From assembly GCF_009914755.1 (NCBI RefSeq), contig NC_060926.1: a stretch of 64,000 bases of DNA. One strand, written 5' to 3'. This document shows positions 23,914-36,080 of this stretch, piece after piece. Origin of the DNA: the human T2T-CHM13v2.0 reference genome, Homo sapiens. Positions within the stretch are counted from its first letter, which is position 1; each line of letters opens with the position of its first letter. A program made the translations under genes and the position numbers. The notes beneath the pieces were generated by a model. The model worked only from the letters and a program-made list of their open reading frames with translations. It did no database searches and was not told the DNA's origin.

Positions 23914-26752
23914 ACCTACACTTCAGTACACTCTACCTATACTCCACCTATGCTTCAGCATACTGTATCTATACTCCACCCATGTTTCAGTACATTCTAT
24001 CTATACCTTACCTACACTTCAGTACTCTCTCTATATTCCACCTATGCTTCAGTACACTCTATCTATACTCCACCCATGTTTCAGTACACTCTATCTATAC
24101 TCCACCTATACTTCAGTACTCTCTCTATATTCCACCTATGCTTCAGTATACTCTATCTATACTCCACCCATGTTTCAGTACACTCTATCTATACTCCACC
24201 TATACTTCATGTACACTTCAGTACACTCCACCTATACTCCACCTATGCTTCAGCACACTCTACCTACACTCCACCTACGCTTCAGTACACTACCTATGCT
24301 CCACCTATGCCTTAGTATACTCTATACTCCACCTATGCTTCATCTATACTTCTGTACACTCTACCTATACTCCACCTACACTTCAGTACACTCTACGTAT
24401 ACTTTACCTACACTTCAGCACATTCTACCCATACTCCACCTACTCTTCACTATAATCTACCTATGCTTCACCTACACTTCAGTACACTCTACCTATACTC
24501 CACCTACGCTTCGGTATACTCTATCTACACTCCACCTATGCTTCAGTACACTCTACCTATACCTTGCCTACACTTCAGTACGTTCTACCCATACTCCACC
24601 TACACTTCACTATACTCTACCTATACTTCACCTACATTTCAGTATATTGTACCCATACTCCACCTATACTTCACTATAAACTACCTATACTTCACCTACA
24701 CTTCAGTATACTCTACCTATATTCCACCTATGCTTTAGTTGATATACTCTATCTATACTCCAACTATGCTTCAGTACACTCTACATATACCTTGCCTACA
24801 CTTCAGTATATTCTACCCATACTCCACCTACACTTCACTATACTCTACCTATACTTAACTTACACTTCAGTACATTATACCCATACTCCACTTATACTTC
24901 CGTATAACCTACCTATACTTCACCTACACTTCAGTACACTCTACCTATATCTTACCTACTCTTTAGTATACTCTATCTATACCTTACCTACACTTCACTA
25001 TATTCTACCTACACTCTACCTACACTTCAGTACACTCTACCCATACCTTCAGTACATTGTATCCCTATTTCACCTACACTTTACTATATTCTACCTTTAC
25101 TCCAGCTATGCTTCAGTACATTCGACCTATATCCCACCTACACTTCAGCATATTCTATCTATACTCTCCCTGTGCTTCAGGATACTCTACCTGCACCCCA
25201 CCTATACTTCAGTACATTCTATCCTTACTCCACCTACACTTTATTATATTCTACCTATACTTCACCTACACTTCAGTACACTCTACCTATACTACCCCTG
25301 TCCTTCAGTACATTCTATGTAGACCTCACCTACACATTACTTTTCTCTACCTGTACTCCATCTACACTTCAGTGTACTCTACTCATACTCCACCCACTTC
25401 AATATACTCTAACCATACTCTGCCTACACTTCAGCATACTCTATCCATACTCCACCTACACTTAGGTATACTCTACCCATACTCCACCTGCACTTCAGTA
25501 CATTCTATGCCACCTAAACTTTACTGTTCTCTATCTATACTCCATCTACACTTCAGTATACTTTACCTATACTCCACCTACACTTCAGTATACTCTATCT
25601 ATACTCTATCTACACTTCAGTATACTCTATCTATTCTCCATCTACACTTCAGTATACTCTGTCTATCCTCCACCTACACTTTAGTATACCTTCTCTATGC
25701 TTCATCTGCACTTTGGTATACTCTACATAGACTCCACCTACACTTTACTGTTCTCTACCTATACTCAATCTACACTTTAGTACACTCTACTCATACTCCA
25801 CTTACACTTCATTATACTCTACCTATACTCTACCCACACTTCAGTATACTTTATCTATACTCCACCTTCAGTGTACTCTATCATCTACACTCCACCTACA
25901 CTTTGATATACTCTACCCATACTCCACCTGTACTTCAGTACATTCTACTTCACCTAAACTTTACTCTTCTCTACCTATACTCCATCTACACTTCAGTATA
26001 CTCTATCTATACTCTACATACAACTTCAGTATGCTCTGTCTATACTCCACCTACACTTTAGTATACCCTATCTATGCTCCACTTGCACTTCGGCATACTC
26101 TATATAGACTCCACCTATGCTTTACTGCTCTCTACCTATACTCCACCTACACTTTAGCACACTCTACCCATACTCCACTTACACTTCAGTATACTGTATC
26201 TATACTCCACCTACACTTCAGTATACTCTATCTATACTCCACCTACACATTGGTATACTGTACCCATACTCCACTCACACTTCAATATACTCTATGTATA
26301 CTTCACTGGCATGTTAGTACACTGTATGTAGACTCCACCTACACTTTTATGTTCTCTACCTAGACTCCACTTACACTTTAGTACACTCTATCTATATTCC
26401 ACTTACACTTCAGTTTACTTTATCTATACTCCACCTACACTTCAGTATACTCTATCTATACTCCACCTATACATTGGTATACTGTACCCATACTCCAGTT
26501 ACATTTCAGCATACTCTACCTATACTTCACTGACACATCAGAACACTCTATGTAGACTCCACCTACACTTTTCTGTTCTTTATCTATACTCCACTTATAC
26601 TTTAGTACACTCTACCCATACTCCACTTACACTTCAGTATACTCTATCTAAACTCCACCTACACTTCAGTATACTTTATCTATACTCCATCTACACTTCA
26701 GTATACTTTATCTATACTCCATCTACACTTCAGTACACTATACTACTCTCTA
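23914..26752. repeat. Degenerate 32-bp minisatellite (VNTR), about 88 units
   Basis: Consensus ccacctacacttcagtatactctatctatact, built from related 10-11 bp sub-units; the plus strand is very G-poor. Confidence 0.97.
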
Positions 26753-26959
26753 CTACATCTCTATTGATGCTCTGTTGTCTAATCAAAAACTTCCTCTAAA
26801 TCATTCCCTAGAGAAGCCATGTGTATTCTCTTCTATGAGCTTTTGTACTATAATTAGCTGCTAGAACCCTACGTTTTCTTCAAAGATTATTTTAAACAAT
26901 ATCTTTTATATGTTATCCCCACTCCAGCCTGGCTTGACATTGTGTCTCCCTCCTTTCAG

Positions 26960-27150
26960 AAAATTTTAACACCTAACTTATATTTACCACTTCTATCAAA
27001 GTCCAAACAATTATACAGTTATCTATAAATTTGTCTTTCCTTCCCTGTTGGTCTATAAAATATCTGAGACCCACGGGCGGTTGTGACTCACTTTCTTATA
27101 ATCCCTAGCATCTAACAAGGTAAAGAGTTGGTTGAAAAAATGAATGAAAG
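26960..27150 (+). mobile_element. L2 3' end relic
   Basis: tgtctttccttccc...atccctagcatctaacaagg...aaaaatgaatgaa. Confidence 0.5.
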
Positions 27151-28603
27151 AAAAATTCCATAAATATCTTTCAGCAGAAAGAGGGCTCACAACAACATTC
27201 CTTTACCCAACTATCCAACCAAAGAAAATATAAAACAAACAAATAGAAAAATGAAGAAATATTCTGCTTCATGGATCTGTGACTGCCTTTCCCCAATTGG
27301 GTCAACCCTGAAGTGCTGGCATTTGATACTGTACCCATTCCCCACACCCCAAGGTCTCAGCTGTTTCTTGTGGTCCCTCCAGACCCCGGATCTGAACACA
27401 GGCAAGGATTTGATTTCAAAACTACAAATGACATGTAAGAAACTTAAAGGTTTGATAACCAAGACCACATAAGAGTCAGAAAAGGAGGCTGATGTCAAAC
27501 CCAAGCTGACAATGCATGAGAATTAAGACACGAACCATGTTGTATCTTCCTCCAGACCAAATCACACAGATGTGTGTGTCCAACTTGGATATTCTATGCT
27601 GATGTATCTAGACAAGGATGCAGCTGAGCGGCCTGGATCAGGCTACTGCTCTGCCTTATCTAATAAACATTCTCCAGTTCTCCTTATCTAACTTGGAAAG
27701 AGATCCCAAGATGTGAGATGTACAATAATGTTGGTCTCAGATGGGTATATAAGCTGAGAGCCCTGGAGCTACCTTCCTGTTATTAAATGAAGCACCGGAG
27801 GCTGTGATCTAAAGAATGAGAATGATCTCTTCTGTCACACGACTTTGGGGGGCACCATTCAGGTTGGCCTCCGTGTGAACAGGAGTGTTGTGCATGCTTG
27901 GAGAGAAGGTCGGTCCTCCCCCCATCTCTCTTCTCAAACTATGGCTGGCTCTTGGACAGATGTACATTGCTGCAAGATAGGGGAGCAGGAACAAATAAGG
28001 GAGCATGCAAGGCCTCTGTTCCCACCCACGCCAGGCCCTCGTTTTACCCCAAAACCTTGTATATTTGGCCTACGGTGACTTGAAACAGTCACTTCAGCTG
28101 TCTGGAACATAAATGAGGTAGTGCCACTGGCTTCAATGTATTAACAAGTTATGCACAAACAGTTTGGGATTCCAAATACATTTCTTTGCCACATTTAGGT
28201 CCTCCACCTACCTCACAGAGTGCAAATGAATCATAACACTCAATGACAAGCATTGTAGGTCACATTGTGTGTGCAGCAATGCTGCTGTTGGGGAAACAAG
28301 CCTAGATTTGTGGGTGACAGTGAAGAGAGACTGCAGCTGTAGACTTTACACAGCACCTCTAGCTACTGGGGTTTGGAAAGGGGACTTGTGGAAAGGAGAA
28401 CAAAGTCGCCTGTGTGATGCTCCTCATGCTCCCTTGGCCAGCCCTCCCCATTCTGTTCCGCTTATGTTTGGTACCAGACTGTTCACCTCCCTTCCCAGTG
28501 TCTCTGTCTTTGGCTTCTGATGAGGTTGTTTCCTTTCCTTAGTGACTGAGAAACAATTTATTCTCTATCTCTCCCTTTCTCTTTCACCTGCATGCACTTC
28601 TAT

Positions 28604-28886
28604 GGCCCAGGGTAGTGGCTCATGACTGTAATCCTAGCACTTTGAGAGGCCGAGACAGGTGGATCGCTCGAGCTCAGGAGTTCAAGACCAGCCTGGGCAA
28701 CATGGTGAAACCCCATCTCTATAAAAAAAATTCAAAAATTAGCCAGGTGGGGTGACATGCACCTGCAGTCCCAGCTACTCAGGAGGCTGAGGTGGGAGGA
28801 TTACTTGAACGTGGGAGGAAGAGCTTGCAGTGAGCTGTGATTGCACCATGGCACTCCAGCCTGGGTGACAGAGTGAGAAAAAAAAG
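28604..28886 (+). mobile_element. Alu, AluJ-like
   Basis: ggatcgctcgagctcaggagttcaagaccagcctgggcaacatgg...gaggtgggaggattacttgaac...A tail. Confidence 0.93.
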
Positions 28887-30818
28887 AATATAACACTTCT
28901 GAGGTTTACTAAGTATTTTCATCACTAGTAGCTTTTTTGACAGTTTCATTCTATGCTTTCTACCCCATTCCCACTCTTCTTATGTTTGGATCCCATGGAG
29001 ATAGAGACAAAGTCGGCATTAGGCTAACCAAGGACAGAGGAGAACATATTCATTGCTGCATCAAGGACATTTCACTCAAAAGAGGTGGTAGAAGACTATT
29101 GTAAGCTGGGGTGTGGAGAAATGGGAAGAAAGGGGGGTTCTGGCCAGAAGCAAGCAGAGAGGAAGAACAGCAGGCTGTCACAGAGAGAGAGGAATGTATC
29201 TTTGGCTACTTGATGAATTAGCTGATGGTTGAGTGGCTATTGTTTGAAGAATGAGTGAAGCAGAGGATTCAAAAATTGTCAGTGTCCTGGGCAGAGGAGA
29301 AGAAGAAAAGAATGAAAATAGCAATGAACTTAGAGCTGAAGAAATTACAATTTGTGTTCTTTTCAGAATATATATGACTGAAGGATTCATATCGTGTATT
29401 CACTACCTTCAATACATCAATTAAGGCAGGGTGAAAGAAGGAGCTTTTTCTCCATGTCCTTGGCATAGTAACAGCATCTTTATAAAAAGTAAAGCTGATA
29501 AAATTCAGTACATTGCTTTCTGAAGATCTCAGCTGATAAAAAAAAAAAATCTTGGAAAATCAAGTGCAATCAGCGGTTCACTGGCCCTTAAAATGTGCTG
29601 TCTCCACTACCGGTTGTCTTAACCCATGCTCAGAGGTGGGTATAGCAAGGGCTTCAGGAGTCAGTCTCTGGAGAGGAACTGGGGCTCAGTAGAGATAATG
29701 CCTGGTTAATTTAAGTGGGATCTGAAAGCAGATAACAAATCTCACATTCTGAATAGGCTTTACTTAGTTTGAAATTAGTTTAAAATACCTGTTTTTTTTT
29801 TTAATGGAAATGGTATAAGGAGGAAGATAGAACATTTCTCTTCAAAGACTCAATATAGGGAAAGACCCTACTTGATATCACACAGGAAATGGGGGATGAA
29901 TTCACTACTATAGTAAAGTGCCAAGGGTGTGGCTATATACTATATACCATATAATACTGTCTTGGTCTTCTCCTAAAAAATTTAAGTAAAATATGATTTA
30001 TACTCTTACTTTTAGAGACACTATACATTCTGCAAGTCATGTTTAAATTTGATCTTAGTCTAGAAGCATGAGCTCTTACTAAATCCAAAGCCATGTTGAA
30101 ACCTGAATTAAATAGCTTACTTATCTCGATACATACGTTTATAAATAACGCTGGGGCCCAACCCTCACTCTAGTTTAGAGACCATTATATGTTTATTTTT
30201 CTAACATACCTCTCTCTGTGAAGAAGAAAGAAAAAAGTTCTTATTTGGACATAGTGATTTTCATAGCAAAGGAGAAATAACTATTCTCATTATTTTCTTA
30301 AATGTTTTTAGCTGTTTTATGACAGTTCTTATAGTTATTTTTGCGTACCATGAGATCAAGTAACTCTTTAATCATCTTGTAAATCATTCAATAAGAAACA
30401 AAACTCCACCAACCAATAAACTTCTGGACTGTCATATGTTCAGATCATAGAATGAAATGATATGCATTTTTGGAAACTTTTTAAAAAGCAAACCATTAAT
30501 AGTTTTCCAAATGAAACTGCCTGCCATATATATTTATGTATAACTCCCCCCATGTCACTGTGAATCATATACAAATCATAGGTAATATAACAGAATGAAT
30601 ACTTAATTACACACTATCAAATATCATTAAATAACGACCATTCAGAACACTACATCTATTTACCACACATACCATGTTCATAGTAATATAGAAGGCCTGG
30701 TCCTTTTTCCCCATGTATCCAAATTAAACTGGTTTTCAGGGCTCATCCCAGATTCCACATGTTCACCAGTTCTAGTGGCCACTGGCCCTGACAAATGGCT
30801 TTCCCTTCTGTGATTTCT

Positions 30819-30990
30819 TTTTTTAAAATTTAATTTAATTTAATTTTAAGTTCTGGGATACATGTGCAGGATGTGCAGATTTGTTACATAGGTAAACATG
30901 TGCCATGATGGTTTGTTGAACCTATCAACCCATCACCTAAGTATTAAGCTCCACATGTATTAGCTATTTATCACAATGTTCTCCCTCCCT
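30819..30990 (-). mobile_element. L1PA (older, about PA8-10-like) 3' end with poly-A
   Basis: ttttaagttctgggatacatgtgcaggatgtgcagatttgttacataggtaaacatgtgccatg is the antisense L1 3'UTR terminus. Confidence 0.9.
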
Positions 30991-31329
30991 CAAGACAATC
31001 CTAAGCAAAAAGAACAAAGCTGGGGGTATCATGCTACCCAACTTCAAACTATACTACCAGGCTACAGTAATGAAAACAGTATGGTACTGGTACAGAAACA
31101 GACACATAGAGCAATGGAACAAAATAGAGATCTCAGAAATAAGACTGCACATCTACAACCATCTGATCTTCAACAAACCTGACAAAAACAAGCAATGGAG
31201 AAAGGATTCCCTACTTAGTAAATGGTGCTAGGAAAACTGGCTAGCCATATGCAGAAAATTGAAACTGGACCCCTTCCTTATATCTTATTCAAAAATTAAC
31301 TCAATATGGATTAAAGACTTAAATGTAAA
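30991..31329 (+). mobile_element. L1 ORF2 fragment, inverted relative to the adjacent 3' end
   Basis: Translates to [29 protein letters not shown]...[15 protein letters not shown], which is L1 ORF2p C-terminal to the RT domain; it contains a stop. Confidence 0.92.
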
Positions 31330-33026
31330 GCTTCTCTGTGCTTTCTATCTCAGGGACACTTCAGAGACTCACATGGGGAACTCCAGAGCACACAGCACTT
31401 TTCTGTTAGTGTGTCAACTGTCCCTGAAAACTTTTGGGGGAATTGTTGATATTATAACCTTTTCTCTGGTTATGTCTTGGGTCCTCAGCTGGATTTTCAG
31501 TTCTTAAAGGCAAGGATTATGCCTTACACTGGCTTAAGATTTGCACCTACAGACATTCAGTAAATAAGTGTTTGGTCTATTGAAAATCATTGTCGGCAGC
31601 CAAAGTAAGCATTAAATAGAGGATGTAGAAAATCATCAATATATTCTCTGTCTATGAAAAGCTTTGTATTGGGGGTTTGGTTTCTTAAACAGTATATATC
31701 CTAGATAGCCTGAACTCTTTAATGAATATGTTTACTTATTTTATGATTATGAAGATAATACTGGTGCCTATAACAATCCTATAGATTTTTGTGGGCTTTA
31801 TGTGATATAACCCATGAGGAAAGCACTAAATTTACTGTACCCACTAAGTATTAGCCATTGTTATTATTGTTTTCAGGGTGCCTTCCTGATAGTCTGTTTT
31901 TATTAGTTTCTCAATATAATTTATCAACAGTTTGAATTTGTGTACAAGAGAGTATGGGTCCTTGGCACTTAACATTACTCATTTTATGATCTTCCAAAAG
32001 TATGAGTTTTCTAGTGGGTCTATGTTTACAACATCTCACTCTAAGTAAGAATCAGAAATAGCCAAATTGTATGTCTTAAGCATATTTCTATTGCCTGTAA
32101 ATTTTTTTACTGTTTTTAATTTCAAATGGATAAAAATGTTTCTGCATTTGTTTTCTTTCCAGCCCCATTCATTCTATACATAGTTACCTTTCTTTTATTA
32201 CACCTCTCCATTTATTTTCATATGAGAAGCATTTCCCAATACTTAGAGAAAAGTTCCACATGTAGAAATTTGCACTTTTGAAATAGTGGGTTGCTGTGTT
32301 AAATAAAACATATCTGTGTTTGAATTTTCTCAGTGGAGCCTCCTTGGTAATAGTGACCTGGAAAGGCTCCTTTGACTCCGGTCAAGAGTCTGAGATTCAG
32401 GCGTGGAGAGAGACCACTGCCCAACCTCAACATGAGCTTGATTTCTCAGACTCCTTTCCTTTTCCCACTGTGGGCCTGATGTTCTTCTCTATTTCGCTGG
32501 GATATTTTGGGGACAATATTCAGGCCCACTCTTTTGAGTTGGTGAGAACATGCCATCGGCTACCATGGTAAAAACCTAGTGTTTATTTGTACCCACGAGT
32601 TCTTGCTTGTCATTTTGGGTGCCTTCTGCTCTAGGAGACCAGAAGTAGGACATGGATTGTATAATAGATTTTAGCTGCTAAAAATGCATTCCTGCTTAAC
32701 CTGTGCATACCCTAAATACTGCCTTTAAAAAGAAAGGTAAGACATAAAGCCAATGGGGCTATTTCCTTAAGGATCATGCCAAGCCATGTTAATGGCATAT
32801 ATCTCCCTGGCCTACGTCCTGAGAAGTTAGGAAGACTCATGTAGTCACCAGGGTGGTTCGAGAGAAACCAAGTAGTAACTGCAGAGCTGCCACGGCACGT
32901 ACGTTTCTGTGAATTGTCAAGGCAACCCACCACCTACAGCTGGCATTATTTCTGTGTAAAGTAAGATAAAATTCTGGTTACAAAATGTATAAAATCAATA
33001 GAGAAAATAACTTAAGGGAAAGTTAG

Positions 33027-33391
<365 letters not shown>

Positions 33392-36027
33392 AGTCCAGTG
33401 ATTTTTCTGGATGACCATGAAACATTTGATGAGATGAATTTCACGTCAACCTGCCTGACCTTGGTAGTCCCAGATTAGACTCATCAATCAAACAATAGCA
33501 TCTACTCTAAATACTCAGGTTCCTGGTGTTGGGTTTGCATTTGCACGTCTCTGCAAAATGGTGACAAACAAGGGGCCCGTCGGTGTGGTCCTGCTGATAG
33601 CATGACAGCTACTGTTACACAGTAATGCCTTTGAGATTGCTGTCCATGTGAAGATGCCAAACACGCAGTCAGCAAGTGTTAGAACTGGGACTCCCTCACT
33701 TTAAACAAGGGCACCGAGAGGCAGAAAACTGCAATCATTTGTTTCAAGTCATCTCCGAATTCTCTAGAGAGCTACCTAGGAGGAAGGTCTTCTCAATGCA
33801 GGGCTCCTTCATAGGGACTTTATGTCATTGTCTAGGTTGACTATGTGTGGAAAATCTCACTTAGAAAATTAAAAAAGACAAAAAATAAAAATAAAAAATG
33901 AAAAAATGTTTAATATTAGGTAAAAATATCCTCCTGGAAAGTAATGGAAAAATGAAGTTTCCCTGTGTCATGGGTCATTTTTAATATTTTGGAGAGTTAG
34001 TCAGAAACTTATAGCACATGTGCAACCTAGCTGATATAACCAAACCAGGCAGAGTAAAGTCTCTCTGACTCTTGGAAGAGACCAAAATAATCAGTAAAAT
34101 GATTTTGTAATCATCCTCCTGACCGTGCCCTTAGTTAAAAATCTAAGAGCAGGTGCCAAGAGGGACTCTAATGCAAGCCAAAAAATTGGAGGCCATGTTG
34201 TTATAAGGGCCCAAGCCACATGCTCCCCAGTCAAAGGAGGAAGGGAAAGAGACTCGATCTTGTAGGAGGAAGGACGAGATGTGTGAAAATCGTTTACTGA
34301 TTTTTTATTGATAGAGGCCGTTTTTGCAATGCTGACTGCCCAATCAGCAAGCCTCACACTTCAGTTATGCCTTTGAGGCTAAAATACATGATTCAATTTG
34401 CACATGTTGGATTTTGAAAATGTAAAGCATGAAATTTACACTATCATTGACTCTACTACTCCTTACACAACTTCTGCATCTAATCCTTGGAATGTTGATA
34501 TTTACCATTTGGAATATGTATCTTAGGCTTAGTGTATTTTCTAACTAATTCCACATTTAATATACATATATTGAAATGTTAGGTAATAAAAATGAGATGT
34601 TACCTGTTGTCTCACAAATTTGCCTTTCCACTCTTACTAACCCCTAGGATCAGATACTGTTTTGATCATTAACTTTAAAACTAGATGAACAGGTGGCTTT
34701 GCCCATTTGTAAACAGGTGTGTTAACTTGTCCCTGGAGAGCAGATACATCATTTCTTGGCTGGCACCATGGATGTGGATCTCTTAGGAAAAAGGATTGTT
34801 TTTGAGCTAATATAATCCCAGGAACAGCATATTAGCTAAAAAAACACTTGGGCAGCAAAACTATCTCCATTCTTGTTCTCAGGACTGTGAAAAGAATTGC
34901 AAAACATCTTGGAAGATTCAGAATACAAATTCAGTGGAAAATTTCACATGTTAATTCAGTACCAAATGTGCCACATTAAACAAAGGACGAGTAAGAAATT
35001 GATCTGAAATTTATCTGAGCAAATTATTAAGATTTTATTTCCTATTATATACAAGAACCTAGCATCAACCAACCCTTCTCACTTTATATAATCTCAGAAT
35101 TCCATTTTTAAGCAAAGACATGTGGCTTTTTGATGCCTGAGCTACTTAAATTTCCATACTCTGAGAGACTATAAAATGCTAATTCTAACCTAACTTGTCT
35201 TTTACAGGGAGTAATGGCAAAATTCTTAATTCTAAATAGGCAGGTATATGCAATCAGGTCTGACTCAAGGGAAATGTGGCAAATAGTCATTGGAATTGTC
35301 TGAAATACATGACCAGTTTCTAATTTGAATTCTCCTCTCCTCCTTGTTTTGATGTTTCTGCAGCCAATGGTGAGCCGGTGGATAACCAGGTTGGCAGCCC
35401 CTTTCAGCTGTCTGCACTGGGGCAGGACTGCTTATGTCACAGAGAAGGCAGAGACAAGTGAATATGACACAGGGGATCTTCCTGTTTGCTTGGAAGGTTG
35501 GCCCTCAGTCAATAACCTAGGGCTTCACCATGCCAAATCCAAAATGTTCTGTTGTTGATCTCTGGTATCAACAGCTCAGAAACTGCAGAACAGACCCCTG
35601 ACAGTTACCAACACTTTCCTCCAAACAGCATTCTGTTTACTGTTTCATGTATTCTCAGGTAAGCAAAGGCTTGCTGCGTTGGAACTCTGCATAATGGAAG
35701 GGGACAGGGAACGTGTACTTAGAAACCATGATGGATGAGGGCTAACTATCCAGAACCTTCAAGAATGTGTGACTCTTGATTTTGTAAGAAGTCAATACAC
35801 TGAAATCATACGTGCCGTTGAATAGAGAATATGGTGATACAATGCCATGCTGTTGAGTACTGAGTTTTGGAATGGTCACCTGGATTCCTGAAGTGCTGAT
35901 TACCCAGGAAAGGGGCCTCAGGCTTCACTCAACTCTTCTTCTTAAGTCATAAGAATGCTTTAATCTATTTCAAAATGCATTCAAGAAAAGTAAACCTAGA
36001 AGTATTTATGATTACCCTTTATCAGAA

Positions 36028-36080
36028 ATATGCATATATATATATATATATATGCACACACACACACACAAGTACACACA
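36028..36080. repeat. (TA)n(CA)n microsatellite
   Basis: gcatatatatatatatatatatgcacacacacacacaca. Confidence 0.9.

Noticed and set aside
23893-26363. Overlapping ORFs up to 334 aa
   Set aside because: All three plus frames are open because the G-poor minisatellite rarely forms stop codons; the peptides are repeat permutations.
23914-26752. CRISPR-like array (32-bp repeat length)
   Set aside because: Units are contiguous and degenerate, with no unique spacers and no cas genes, in primate DNA.
31031-31231. L1 ORF2p-like peptides (also 54210-54392)
   Set aside because: Truncated retrotransposon fragments, not functional CDS.
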